A stretch of DNA of 64,000 nt from UHGV virus genome UHGV-0371537. One strand, 5' to 3'. Source of the DNA: a virus. The notes beneath the pieces were generated by a model. That model worked only from the letters and a program-made list of their open reading frames with translations, was not told the origin of the DNA and made no database searches. The position numbers were made by a program, and so were the translations under genes. Numbering within the stretch: the first letter of the stretch is position 1; the number at the start of each line of letters is the position of its first letter. Shown here one piece after another: positions 36,754 through 46,179 of this stretch.

Positions 36754-37497
36754 ATGTCACAAATCTATCGTCTGTTTGGGCTGGATTTCACACCAGCTCG
36801 TCTTGATGTGAAACTGACCACCTTCGAACCAACCGGATTTGAAGTGGGGTGCGCTCTGGGGTTTAATCGCCAGGGTAAATCTGTCCGTGAACAAAACATC
36901 TTGGATGTCTTGGGCGTTGAGTGGGATAGCCCTACCGCCTTGGATTTAGAAGATCAGGTCAAGTATGGGAATCAAGAAATCGCAGACTTCTTGCGTGATG
37001 TCTTGGCTGGCTACGAACACGCAAAATCCCATGTGAAAATGGCACAAGAAGCGTGTCTCAGACTATCACATTGCCTGTATTACCTTGGCCGCCACCGCAG
37101 TGATATGCAAATCGATTTCCCTGTCAATGTTCTGGAGCAATTCTCCAAGACTGAGTTTTACCTGGCGCAGGCTGATGGTGTGGTCATGAAAGCGAGTGAT
37201 GTGTTCAAGCACACCGCGAACGTGTCCAACGGGCATTTGCTGGTTGGGTGTGATCAGGTTGAACTGAAGATTGACCCAGACATGGAATATGACCAGAACA
37301 CCTGTCGGGCGATTCACAATTACATCAGCGTGATTGTTGAAACTCTGTACAGTGCGATTGAAGAAGTCATGGCCACTGAACAAAGGGAAGAAGTGATTCG
37401 CAGAGTTCGGGAAAACGTCGAAGCCAGAGTGAAACTGCAGTTCACACCATCTGAATATTCAGAAGACATCCCCAACTTCTACTTGCTGGATAAGTGA
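36754..37497 (+). CDS. hypothetical protein
   Basis: ATG 36754 after TGAGG SD. Confidence 0.45.
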   Translation: MSQIYRLFGLDFTPARLDVKLTTFEPTGFEVGCALGFNRQGKSVREQNILDVLGVEWDSPTALDLEDQVKYGNQEIADFLRDVLAGYEHAKSHVKMAQEACLRLSHCLYYLGRHRSDMQIDFPVNVLEQFSKTEFYLAQADGVVMKASDVFKHTANVSNGHLLVGCDQVELKIDPDMEYDQNTCRAIHNYISVIVETLYSAIEEVMATEQREEVIRRVRENVEARVKLQFTPSEYSEDIPNFYLLDK

Positions 37498-37547
37498 ATA
37501 AAACTTGTTTTCAATACTGACGTTGAAAGTTAATATTCACGCAAGTT

Positions 37548-37575
37548 CGCGCTCCGCTTGGCGGGGCGCTGTTTA
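37548..37575 (+). terminator. rho-independent terminator
   Basis: CGCGCTCCGC-ttg-GCGGGGCGC hairpin (one G-U) followed by TGTTT. Confidence 0.5.
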
Positions 37576-37611
37576 ACATGAAGGTGTTAACTTCTTTTCA
37601 ATAAAAAGTGG

Positions 37612-37639
37612 TTTACATCTATGAAAAATGCAGTATATT
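37612..37639 (+). promoter_or_regulatory. sigma70-like promoter TTTACA-N16-TATATT
   Basis: -35 TTTACA (37612-37617), 16-bp spacer, -10 TATATT (37634-37639), AT-rich upstream. Confidence 0.5.
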
Positions 37640-37709
37640 ATGTTCTCACTACACAGTCAGAACAGCAATATGCCGCGAAGACGGTCTTAATAACGAAAGG
37701 GTTTTTATT

Positions 37710-38606
37710 ATGTCATATATTCTTCATGTAGAATCTGGTTCTAAATTTGATATTGAAGGCAAAGACGTTGCGGCTATCCAGGCCGAGATCAAGGCCGCAG
37801 GCCTGCTGATTGGCAACGTTACCCTGCGCCGTATGGTTGAAGGTGCTCTTGAATCTGCTAACGGCTTCGAACTCATCGAAGGTCTGAGCGAAGAAGAGCG
37901 ACAGGAAACTCAGGAAGCTCTGGCGCAAGCACAAGAGCAGGCTGAAGCCGTGGAAGCACTGAACGTAGCCGACACCGTAGCCGATGAAGCGCCGATTTCT
38001 GCTGACGCCACTTCTGGTATCGTTGTCGATTCTCAGGACGTGAAACCTGCCGAAGGTGATCAGGCGGCTGACACTGGCGCAACCACCGCATCCTCCGATG
38101 CTATCAAAGATGCCGTTGCCGAAGCCCTGAAAGAAGGCGATCAACCGTCCGACGCGAAAGTGAGTTCCCTGGCGTCTTCTATGCTGAAAGAAGCGGCGAA
38201 GGGTAAAACCCTGACACCTATGGCATCACAGGAAGAGCGTAAGCGCCGTCACACCAAACGCGAAGAAATGGTAGAAGCCGCTCGTGCGTCCAACCACGGT
38301 CCAATCCTGGCTGCCATTGAAGCAGGCGTCGTGCCGGGTGTGTTCCTCAGCTATGTTAACCCTGATATGCGCTGGTTCCAATTCCCAGTCACAGAACTGG
38401 CAGACCCAGAGAACCTGCATGCCCGCACTAACACATACGTTGACGTCGCGCCTATCGTTTCCGGCGGCTGGGGCTTCAGTCTGTACGTGAACGGCAAATC
38501 CTTCACTAAGCGTCAGAAAATCAAAGAGGCCGATGCCGAGTCTCTGGTGAACGCAATCAATGCCTGGTTGCCTCAGGCGCTGGCCGAAGCGAAAGCTGCT
38601 GCTTAA
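37710..38606 (+). CDS. acidic Ala/Glu-rich protein of unknown function
   Basis: ATG 37710 (MSYILHVESG...); long low-complexity A/E/D-rich centre. Confidence 0.45.
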   Translation: MSYILHVESGSKFDIEGKDVAAIQAEIKAAGLLIGNVTLRRMVEGALESANGFELIEGLSEEERQETQEALAQAQEQAEAVEALNVADTVADEAPISADATSGIVVDSQDVKPAEGDQAADTGATTASSDAIKDAVAEALKEGDQPSDAKVSSLASSMLKEAAKGKTLTPMASQEERKRRHTKREEMVEAARASNHGPILAAIEAGVVPGVFLSYVNPDMRWFQFPVTELADPENLHARTNTYVDVAPIVSGGWGFSLYVNGKSFTKRQKIKEADAESLVNAINAWLPQALAEAKAAA

Positions 38607-38636
38607 TTTAAGTTCAGAATCTGTTCAATAGATGAA

Positions 38637-38668
38637 GGGGCTGCTATAATAGCAGCTCCTTTTGTTTA
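38637..38668 (+). terminator. rho-independent terminator with TATAAT in the hairpin
   Basis: GGGCTGCTAT-A-ATAGCAGCTCC hairpin followed by TTTTGTTTATT; TGcTATAAT (extended -10-like) inside the stem. Confidence 0.6.
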
Positions 38669-38680
38669 TTGGAGCAGTCT

Positions 38681-39346
38681 ATGTCCTACTCCCTCAAGGG
38701 GTTGCTCAAGCGCCCCGTCCACACATTCATTAAACCGCCTGTCGTAAAGGGGATATACCCGGCACGAGGGCAAATCTATTACGTCAAAGGCTCGAATGGT
38801 AGCGGTAAATCTACCGTGCCTTCCCAGCTGGCGGAGAGGGATCCTCAGGCGTATGTCGTGACGCATGATAGCAAGATCATGCTGACGGTCTGTCCGTCAT
38901 TCAACGTGGTCTGCATTGGCAAATATGATAAGTCAAAGTCCAAGGGGGTTGATTCTCTGAAGGATACTGAACAAATGCTATTCGCCCTGAGCATCGCCGA
39001 TCTACCTGAATATCAGGTATACGATGTGATCTTTGAAGGCATCATCCCGTCAACACTGCTGAGTTCCTGGATTCCCCGCCTGACGCGCCCACCGCGCGAA
39101 CTGGTTGTCCTCTTCATGGACACCCCTCTTGAAACCTGCATCGCCCGTGTTAAATCACGTAACGGCGGTGCGGACTTCAATGAGAGCCTCGTGGTAGAGA
39201 AGTGGGGGCGCGTTCAAGACCACCGCCAGCGCCATAAGGGCTTGTTCCCTACGGTGGCCGCAGGTATGATGAAGTCTCACGGTCTAACAGTAGACCAGGC
39301 TGTAATGGCATTCCTCTGTCGTGATTTTGGGGATATTGATGACTAA
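38681..39346 (+). CDS. P-loop kinase (candidate nucleotide/nucleic-acid kinase of the base-modification module)
   Basis: Walker A GSNGSGKST near N-terminus; ATG 38681 with GGAG SD; adjacent to TS-family and dNMP kinase genes. Confidence 0.55.
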   Translation: MSYSLKGLLKRPVHTFIKPPVVKGIYPARGQIYYVKGSNGSGKSTVPSQLAERDPQAYVVTHDSKIMLTVCPSFNVVCIGKYDKSKSKGVDSLKDTEQMLFALSIADLPEYQVYDVIFEGIIPSTLLSSWIPRLTRPPRELVVLFMDTPLETCIARVKSRNGGADFNESLVVEKWGRVQDHRQRHKGLFPTVAAGMMKSHGLTVDQAVMAFLCRDFGDIDD

Positions 39347-39911
39347 GAAATTGGTCTATGGGGTTGGTCACAACGACATGCCCTATGGCACAGCTACGGT
39401 AAATGGAAAGGCAACCGACGAATATTCTGCTTGGTCGGGGTTGTTACAAAGGGCGTATGATCCAAAATACCATGCCAGAAATCCGACTTATGTTGGTTGC
39501 TCTGTCGTGGAAGAGTGGCATTTTCGATCGAAATTCGTTAAGTGGTTTGGTGTGAACTACGTTAAAGGATGGTGTCTAGACAAGGATATTTTGAATCCTG
39601 GAAACAAAGTTTATGGCCCAGACACATGCATCTATGTGCCCGTTTGGATCAATACATTTGCCAATGATAGCGGCGCAATAAGGGGTGGTCTCCCAATAGG
39701 AGTTTCATTAAACAAGACAACCGGAAAATATCTTTCTCAGTGTAAATCCGGTGGTAAAGTGATAAATCTGGGTTATTACGACGACCCCAAAGAAGCGCAC
39801 GAGGTTTGGTTGAGATTTAAGCTAAACCTGGTTTTGGAAAGGAAGAAAGACATGGATAGTATAGACCATCGTATTTATCCAAATCTGGTTCATATTTTGC
39901 AAAGTAAATGA
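39339..39911 (+). CDS. homing-endonuclease-like protein with AP2-type DNA-binding domain
   Basis: AP2-like segment TGKYLSQCKSGGKVINLGYYDDPKEAHEVW; N-terminal region resembles the HNH-associated module of phage homing endonucleases. Confidence 0.45.
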   Translation: MTKKLVYGVGHNDMPYGTATVNGKATDEYSAWSGLLQRAYDPKYHARNPTYVGCSVVEEWHFRSKFVKWFGVNYVKGWCLDKDILNPGNKVYGPDTCIYVPVWINTFANDSGAIRGGLPIGVSLNKTTGKYLSQCKSGGKVINLGYYDDPKEAHEVWLRFKLNLVLERKKDMDSIDHRIYPNLVHILQSK

Positions 39912-39927
39912 TTATTGGAGACCAATT

Positions 39928-40974
39928 ATGGAAATCAAAGCAATTAACAACAATGACATGCTGAAAAAGGCTGTCTTGGCTATCCGCGAATACGGGATTG
40001 AGTCAGACCCTGGCAACGCGGAGATTAACACGGACGGCACCCGCTTCCTTGATGGTGTGACGATTACCGTGGATGATATCCGTGACCGCTGGCTGTCTGT
40101 TGAAGGTCGTAACTCATCGGCTATCGCTGCCATCGGCGAGACCTTCTGGGTTCTGTCCGGGCGCGATGACGTTCGCTTCCTGTCCCGTGTGTTGCCCCGC
40201 GCCGCCAACTTTTCCGACAACGGCCACACATGGCGAGCCGCTTATGGTCCGCGTCTGTACGCCCATGGCCAGCTGGATAGCGTCATCAACCGCCTGCGTA
40301 AGAACCCAAACACTCGCCAGGCGTACCTCACCATCTATGACCCGGCTCTGGATTCAGATGCTGGCCTGGCGAAGTTCAGCGAGAGTGGCGAAGCGAAGAC
40401 TAAAGACATGGTGTGTAACCTGGCTCTGTTGTTCGCCATCGTTGAAGGTCGTCTGAACCTGACGGTCATCAACCGCTCGCAAGATGTTCTGTGGGGTATG
40501 AGTTCAATCAATTTCATTGAGTTCTCTATCCTTCAGGAAGTGATTGCTCAGGTGCTGGATGTTGATGTCGGTCAGTACAAGCTCTTCTCCAACAATCTTC
40601 ATTACTACAACAATGAAGTCAGCCAGAAGCAGCTGGGCAAGATCACGAAGGACACCAAAGTAGAAGCTGGGTTCATCAACTCCATGATTCACTTCAAGAA
40701 CGTGACCAACCAGAACCATATCCGGAATCTGTTCACTGGTGTGCTTCATCATTGTGATATCGGTAGCCCTTGGGAAACTGTGGTCGCCCACCTGAAGGAA
40801 TATGATGCTGATCGCGGCCTGATTGTACAGATGGCATACTGCCTGTATTGTAAGCTGAACGACAAGCTCATCAACATGAACCTGATTCAGGATCATGGTC
40901 TGAACATCGCGCTCACCCATTCCCCGGTTGACCGCAAGATCGTTGATCCTAAGTTCCTGGAAGGTGCAGCATGA
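39928..40974 (+). CDS. thymidylate synthase-family enzyme (candidate pyrimidine hydroxymethylase; non-canonical motifs)
   Basis: TS-fold motifs: TFWVLSGRDDVRFL (cf. ELLWFLQGDTNIAYL), catalytic Cys in MVCN (PCH in ThyA), GRLNLTVINRSQDV (cf. GKLSCQLYQRSCDV); about 100-aa C-terminal extension. Confidence 0.7.
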   Translation: MEIKAINNNDMLKKAVLAIREYGIESDPGNAEINTDGTRFLDGVTITVDDIRDRWLSVEGRNSSAIAAIGETFWVLSGRDDVRFLSRVLPRAANFSDNGHTWRAAYGPRLYAHGQLDSVINRLRKNPNTRQAYLTIYDPALDSDAGLAKFSESGEAKTKDMVCNLALLFAIVEGRLNLTVINRSQDVLWGMSSINFIEFSILQEVIAQVLDVDVGQYKLFSNNLHYYNNEVSQKQLGKITKDTKVEAGFINSMIHFKNVTNQNHIRNLFTGVLHHCDIGSPWETVVAHLKEYDADRGLIVQMAYCLYCKLNDKLINMNLIQDHGLNIALTHSPVDRKIVDPKFLEGAA

Positions 40975-41540
40975 TGTACCCAAACCTTGAATTCTTTACG
41001 GGGCGCAAGCGCTCTGGTAAGGACTTCTGTTTGGAGTCCCTCATCAGCTATCACCATCTACAGGGCGATATGGATATCCAACGCCTTTCGTTCTCGGACG
41101 AACTGCGCCGGGTTGCCAACTACATCTACCCATGGCTGCCAGCGGAGGTAGAGGATGCCGTGAAGGACGTTCCTTACGTCCACCCTGATAACCCCAAGGG
41201 CTTAACCCCAAGGCAGATCTGGCTCCATCTCGGCAGCGATACGGGCTTGCGTTACGTACAGCCTGATCTGTTCCTGGCGTTCTTCAAGCGCTTCCAGCTT
41301 CCTCTGGTAGAGCAGAACCCTCACGTCCATTATATCGTGAGTGATCTGCGCACCCCTCAGGAATATGAATGGGCGCTGAGTACGAAATGTCCTATCACCC
41401 GCATTTCAAAGGCCGACCGCGCTGGTATCATAGAGGACGATATAGAGGCTTTCATTGACAAGATGGAAGTCGACTACGAATTCCTCAATCCATTTGATGG
41501 TTGGGCACCGTTCGTTAAATTCTACGGAGAACGTAAATGA
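40971..41540 (+). CDS. deoxynucleoside monophosphate kinase, T4 gp1-like
   Basis: P-loop GRKRSGKD near N-terminus as in gp1 (GxKRSGKD); overlaps upstream stop (ATGA). Confidence 0.6.
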   Translation: MMYPNLEFFTGRKRSGKDFCLESLISYHHLQGDMDIQRLSFSDELRRVANYIYPWLPAEVEDAVKDVPYVHPDNPKGLTPRQIWLHLGSDTGLRYVQPDLFLAFFKRFQLPLVEQNPHVHYIVSDLRTPQEYEWALSTKCPITRISKADRAGIIEDDIEAFIDKMEVDYEFLNPFDGWAPFVKFYGERK

Positions 41541-42076
41541 TCACAGCAGGGCATATCAAAAGCCTGCTCGAACTCCAAAAGGCCACTAATGTGGCCTACT
41601 TTGGCGACGAGTGGCGAAACCACTGGACTGAAGTCGCGGTGGTGAACTCTGTATACCGCGAGTGGGCTGAGTTCCTTGACGAAGTATCCAGCAGCTGGAA
41701 GATATATGGCAGCGACCAGAAATGGCACCAGGTGAACGCGATTTACGAATTGGTGGACGTTGTTCACTTCATGCTGTCGCGTTTGCTACTGTCCAATCAG
41801 GCCATAGAAATTGAAATGCGTGACGAATACTTTGGTGTGGAAATTACTAAAGTCAATAACTTCAATGTCGTCACCACTATGTTCACAACGTTCATGACAG
41901 CACCGACCTGTCAGAATCTGGCGTACTTTATTGCGTATGCTTGTCCCTATTTGGGTATCGACTTTGAAACCTACATGCTGGCACACAAGCGCAAGAACGA
42001 TCGCAATCGTCTGCGTGCTGCTGGCGGTGCGGATTACGATAAGTCCGCCGAAACCCCTCTGACCCTGGAGTTCTAA
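41537..42076 (+). CDS. all-alpha NTP pyrophosphohydrolase (gp56 dCTPase/MazG-like)
   Basis: ELVDVVHFML motif and acidic EWAEFLDEV region resemble gp56/MazG-type pyrophosphatases. Confidence 0.5.
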   Translation: MITAGHIKSLLELQKATNVAYFGDEWRNHWTEVAVVNSVYREWAEFLDEVSSSWKIYGSDQKWHQVNAIYELVDVVHFMLSRLLLSNQAIEIEMRDEYFGVEITKVNNFNVVTTMFTTFMTAPTCQNLAYFIAYACPYLGIDFETYMLAHKRKNDRNRLRAAGGADYDKSAETPLTLEF

Positions 42077-42618
42077 TGTTTACAGTCGTCGTTTCATATC
42101 ATGCAGACAACGCGGCGAACGCATCCGCTAATTTCACCGAGCACATCATCGGCGGCGGCCATAATGTATTCCTCACCGAATACACCAGGCCTGTTAAACC
42201 GGGCGACGGTCTTTCGGCGACTGTTACACACAAGATCGCCAGCGAAGAACCTGAATCTCTGTTCCGGATGATCGAAGAGTATGCAGGCGGCGGGGTAGAA
42301 ATACCCGAAGCGCTGCTGGACGTGTACTTCGAAGGAGCGATCTATTACATCCACGCCATACCGAAGGATGTATCTACGGAGCAGTTGATGTATATCCTGA
42401 ACATTGCGCTGAATTGTGCCTGCATCAACCGCACGAACTACAACAATCTGCGCAATATGTACCTAACCGACCGACATAATGAAGCGGCTTCGCCTGTTGA
42501 GATGATGTCTCTGAAGAGCATCCAAGAGGCGGTCAACATTTTGTCCCAGAAGGTTATGGGTGTAGAATTATTAACGACGATCAACAATAAAGAGGAAGTG
42601 AAATGGCCAGTTCATTAA
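42076..42618 (+). CDS. hypothetical protein
   Basis: ORF in operon-like array. Confidence 0.4.
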   Translation: MFTVVVSYHADNAANASANFTEHIIGGGHNVFLTEYTRPVKPGDGLSATVTHKIASEEPESLFRMIEEYAGGGVEIPEALLDVYFEGAIYYIHAIPKDVSTEQLMYILNIALNCACINRTNYNNLRNMYLTDRHNEAASPVEMMSLKSIQEAVNILSQKVMGVELLTTINNKEEVKWPVH

Positions 42619-43688
42619 TGGACCGCATGCTGAAGGTTGCCAAGAAACATGACGACCAGGCTTCAGTGCTGTCTCAATCCGAAGCCCTGGAACCAAAGAT
42701 CATTTGTTCAACTGGTATTCCCCTGATTGACATCGCCTGGTCTGGACGCGTCGATGGTGGGCTGATCTCCGGCATCAAGATGATGGTGGGCGACTCCCGT
42801 ACATTTAAAACGATGTTTGGTCTGGTAGACGTCAAGGCGTATATGGACAAGTTCTCTGATGCCCTGTGTATCTTCGCGGACTCCGAGAAGGGTGCCAACG
42901 CCGACTACTGGACGTCCATGGGGATCGATATGGACCGCGTACTGTACGTGCCGATTGACAACGTTGAGCAGACCAAGATCCGCCTGCTGCAAATCCTTCA
43001 AGAAGTTAAGAAGGGTGACCATGTCATCATCTTTATTGACTCTATCAGTCAGCTTCCCTCCACCAAGGAAGTTGAAGATGCGATCAAAGGCAATGACACC
43101 CAAGACATGACCCGCGCCCGTGCCCTCAACAGCTTCTGGCGCGTTATGACTCCTGAAATCAACAGCAAAGAACTCGTGTGTGTTTGGATCAACTCATATT
43201 ACGACGAGATCGGAAACCAGTATGCCGAGCCTAACATCAAAGGCGGCAAGCAGGGCTTCTTATCCTCCAACCTGATCTGGTTCATCACCCGTTCGCAGGT
43301 GAAGGAAGACAAAGATCTGCTAGGTTGGAACTTCAACATCGGCATCATGAAAGGCCGCCATGTGAAAGAGAAAGCCAAGCTCCCTGTGACAGTGCTGTAC
43401 GACGGTGGTATCGACCGTTGGAGTGGCTTGCTTGAGATCGCTCGTGCTCTGGGTTACGTTGATATGCCGTCTTCCGGCTGGTATGTGCGTACAGCCAAGG
43501 GTGGCTTCGATCCTGAGAAGGAAAAGAAATACCAGAAGCGTCAGATGGATGATGATTTCTGGTATCCACTTCTGGAGAATGCCGACTTCGCCGATGACGT
43601 GAAGAAGATGTTTGGTGTTTCTAACGGTACTGTTATGCCTGCAAACATGCTGGAGCAGATGGACCATGTTATCAACACATCCGAGTGA
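42603..43688 (+). CDS. uvsX: recombinase UvsX (RecA-like)
   Basis: RecA-fold layout with P-loop region GLISGIKMMVGDSRTFKT; 361 aa; adjacent to helicase and ssDNA-binding genes. Confidence 0.8.
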   Translation: MASSLMDRMLKVAKKHDDQASVLSQSEALEPKIICSTGIPLIDIAWSGRVDGGLISGIKMMVGDSRTFKTMFGLVDVKAYMDKFSDALCIFADSEKGANADYWTSMGIDMDRVLYVPIDNVEQTKIRLLQILQEVKKGDHVIIFIDSISQLPSTKEVEDAIKGNDTQDMTRARALNSFWRVMTPEINSKELVCVWINSYYDEIGNQYAEPNIKGGKQGFLSSNLIWFITRSQVKEDKDLLGWNFNIGIMKGRHVKEKAKLPVTVLYDGGIDRWSGLLEIARALGYVDMPSSGWYVRTAKGGFDPEKEKKYQKRQMDDDFWYPLLENADFADDVKKMFGVSNGTVMPANMLEQMDHVINTSE

Positions 43689-43995
43689 CAATGGAGGGGG
43701 AGGCAACTCCCCCAATAACTACACACTCATCGACCTTGGTCCTGATCAGCTGGCGATCGTCAAGATCACTTCTGGCAAATTCCGTGGTGTTCAATTCCGG
43801 TTCGGCAAGGTTGCCATCAACGAAGTGGACGGTGAACCCCGTTTGTCTTTCGTGACTGATATATTGAAGAAACCATTGCGTCTGATGTTTGTGAATTTGA
43901 AAGAAAATGACTTGTTCACTGAGGTGTCAGGGGATATCCTTGTAGACCTTATGCAGCGTAATGCTCAGGAATACAATAAATTTTTGGTGGGGTAG
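43666..43995 (+). CDS. hypothetical protein (start inside 3' end of uvsX in another frame)
   Basis: Protein-like frame with ATG 43666 preceded by GGAG at 9-nt spacing; ends at helicase start. Confidence 0.35.
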   Translation: MLSTHPSDNGGGGNSPNNYTLIDLGPDQLAIVKITSGKFRGVQFRFGKVAINEVDGEPRLSFVTDILKKPLRLMFVNLKENDLFTEVSGDILVDLMQRNAQEYNKFLVG

Positions 43996-45425
43996 TGCCA
44001 ATGTTACTCGAATCTGTCGTGCTTTCACAGTTGATTTACAATGAAGATTACCAAAGAAAGATCCTGCCGTATCTGAAAGCCGATTATTTTGACAACGAAG
44101 GCGAAAAGGTCATATTTGGCCTGATTGACAGTTATGCCGCAGAGTACAATGCCCGCCCGTCTATCGAAGCGCTGTCTATCATTCTTGAACGGACAAAGCT
44201 GAACGAATATGTGTTTGACCAGGCAGTATCTGCCCTGGAGAACATCAACGACAACACCTTCAATGAAGAGTGGCTGGCGAAGGAAACGGAGACCTGGGCG
44301 CGGCAAAAGGCCGTACACAATGCTATCAAGACCGCCGTCAACATCTATGGGGACGAAAAGCGCAAGGATGAGATGAACAACATCCCGACCTTGTTGCAGG
44401 AAGCCCTGGCTATCCGGTTCGATTCATACCTCGGACACATCTATTGGGAGATGGCGGCTGAGCAGTATGACCATATGAACTCCAACGAGGCCAAGATCCC
44501 GTTTGCTGTTGAGATATTCAACAAGGCGACCCGTGGTGGTGTTGGCAAGAAGACCCTGAACATCGTGACAGGTGCGATCAACGCAGGTAAGACAACAACT
44601 CTGATCGACCTGACTGCAGGATATGCTGAGCAGGGTTTAAACGTCTTTGTATTCACGCTCGAAGTGGCCGAGAACGTCTGGCGTCATCGCCTTGATGCCC
44701 GTATCATGCGCAGAGACTTTGAGTCCTTGGAGAAGCTCCCAAGGCACGAGTACATCGCCACGATAGAGAAGCTCCGACACAAACAGGACGGCTCTCCCAA
44801 GGGTGATATCGTCATCAAGGAATATCCGTCTGGCGCAGGCCATACAGGTTTGTTCCGCCGCGACATCCTTGAGTACATTCAGGCAACCGGGCGCTCCCCA
44901 GATGTTATCGTTATCGACTATCTTGGTGAAGCTGCTTCCTCGCGCTTGCCTGCTCACCTGATGCAGAACACGAACGTCTATTACACGTCTGTGGCTCGTG
45001 AGTTTCGCGCTCTGGGTTTCGAATTTGACGTTCCTGTTTGGACTGGTATGCAGTTCAATCGCGAGAACCAGAACACAACAGATGGTAGTATCAGTGACCT
45101 GGCAGATGCTATCGGTATCCCAAAGGTCGCAGATTTCATCATGGCATTTTATGCTCCTGATGAATTGGCGGCGGTCAAGAAAGCCCGAGCCTCAATCCTC
45201 AAGAACCGTTATGCCAACAAGCAGAAGCTCAAGTCATTCCTGTTTGGTATGGACCAAGACAAGCAGATCCTGTTTGATCTTGACTGGAACGAAGTGAAGA
45301 AGGACCTGACTGAAACCGAGGCGAAGTATGTTGAGAATGTCCATATCAAACATGACCTCAACAAGTCCGGGTCCACTGTCAGTGATGAGCAGAAAGCCCA
45401 AACAGTTAATAACTGGAAATTCTAA
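43995..45425 (+). CDS. replicative DNA helicase, gp41/DnaB family
   Basis: Walker A GAINAGKTT, DnaB-like C-terminal domain, 476 aa. Confidence 0.8.
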   Translation: MPMLLESVVLSQLIYNEDYQRKILPYLKADYFDNEGEKVIFGLIDSYAAEYNARPSIEALSIILERTKLNEYVFDQAVSALENINDNTFNEEWLAKETETWARQKAVHNAIKTAVNIYGDEKRKDEMNNIPTLLQEALAIRFDSYLGHIYWEMAAEQYDHMNSNEAKIPFAVEIFNKATRGGVGKKTLNIVTGAINAGKTTTLIDLTAGYAEQGLNVFVFTLEVAENVWRHRLDARIMRRDFESLEKLPRHEYIATIEKLRHKQDGSPKGDIVIKEYPSGAGHTGLFRRDILEYIQATGRSPDVIVIDYLGEAASSRLPAHLMQNTNVYYTSVAREFRALGFEFDVPVWTGMQFNRENQNTTDGSISDLADAIGIPKVADFIMAFYAPDELAAVKKARASILKNRYANKQKLKSFLFGMDQDKQILFDLDWNEVKKDLTETEAKYVENVHIKHDLNKSGSTVSDEQKAQTVNNWKF

Positions 45426-45429
45426 GTAA

Positions 45430-45458
45430 TTCAATAAAGCAGATCATAGGGTATAATT
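45430..45458 (+). promoter_or_regulatory. sigma70-like promoter TTCAAT-N17-TATAAT inside a palindrome
   Basis: -10 TATAAT (45453-45458) lies in the loop of palindrome AGATCATAG/CTATGATCT (45441-45467). Confidence 0.45.
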
Positions 45459-45490
45459 CTATGATCTGAATGTTAAACCAGGAGCACATC

Positions 45491-45826
45491 ATGTTACACA
45501 ATGATTTTATGGCTGGCCTGGTGCAGGCCGCCAAACAGGTGTGCCACACCAAACAAGCGATTGAGCTGAGTCCGGAGCAGACTCTGGAGTTCTTTGACAA
45601 TCGTAAAATCTGGGAGGAATATGGCATCGGCATGATCTGCCAAGAGGGTGAACTCGTACAGCTGGATCTGCCGTCATTCCCCCTTCCAGTGCGCACCAAC
45701 ACAGTGGAATGGTATACGACGGAAGACGGTGTTGAGATCATCCCGAAGTTCCAGTATCACTCCATCGTAAACTTCTTTTTACGCCGTCGTGGGGCTAATC
45801 TGATCCCACAAGGCATGAGATCTTAA
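45491..45826 (+). CDS. hypothetical protein
   Basis: ATG 45491 with AGGAG SD. Confidence 0.4.
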   Translation: MLHNDFMAGLVQAAKQVCHTKQAIELSPEQTLEFFDNRKIWEEYGIGMICQEGELVQLDLPSFPLPVRTNTVEWYTTEDGVEIIPKFQYHSIVNFFLRRRGANLIPQGMRS

Positions 45827-45841
45827 CAAGAGGAACAACAA

Positions 45842-46162
45842 ATGTCTGTAGAACAAATCGGCTTTTATGCACTACCGTCTGATCCTGAGTCTCGCCGCAA
45901 GCTGATGGGCGCGATTGAAAACTGCCGCGCCGCCCAGGTCCGCATCAAATCGGAACAGACCTTCATTACAGAAACCCTGGCCGAACTGGCGAAAGATACT
46001 GGCATCAAAGCCTCCGACCTGCGCAAGGTTGTGTCTGACCGTGCCAATGGCACCTACCAGAAAACGATCGAAACGAGCGAGAAGTATCAGGATCTTTACG
46101 AATCCCTGTTCCCGAACGCCAAGCCTGATCGTGATCCAAACGTTACAACGTCTGACGAATAA
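45842..46162 (+). CDS. hypothetical protein
   Basis: ORF with GAGGAA SD; terminator follows. Confidence 0.4.
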   Translation: MSVEQIGFYALPSDPESRRKLMGAIENCRAAQVRIKSEQTFITETLAELAKDTGIKASDLRKVVSDRANGTYQKTIETSEKYQDLYESLFPNAKPDRDPNVTTSDE

Positions 46163-46179
46163 GTTGACCAAACACCAAG

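Noticed and set aside
43691-43861. ATG-initiated frame directly after the uvsX stop
   Set aside because: Translation is low-complexity Ser/Leu/Arg-rich, while the overlapping alternative frame is protein-like through to the helicase start; treated as an out-of-frame artefact.
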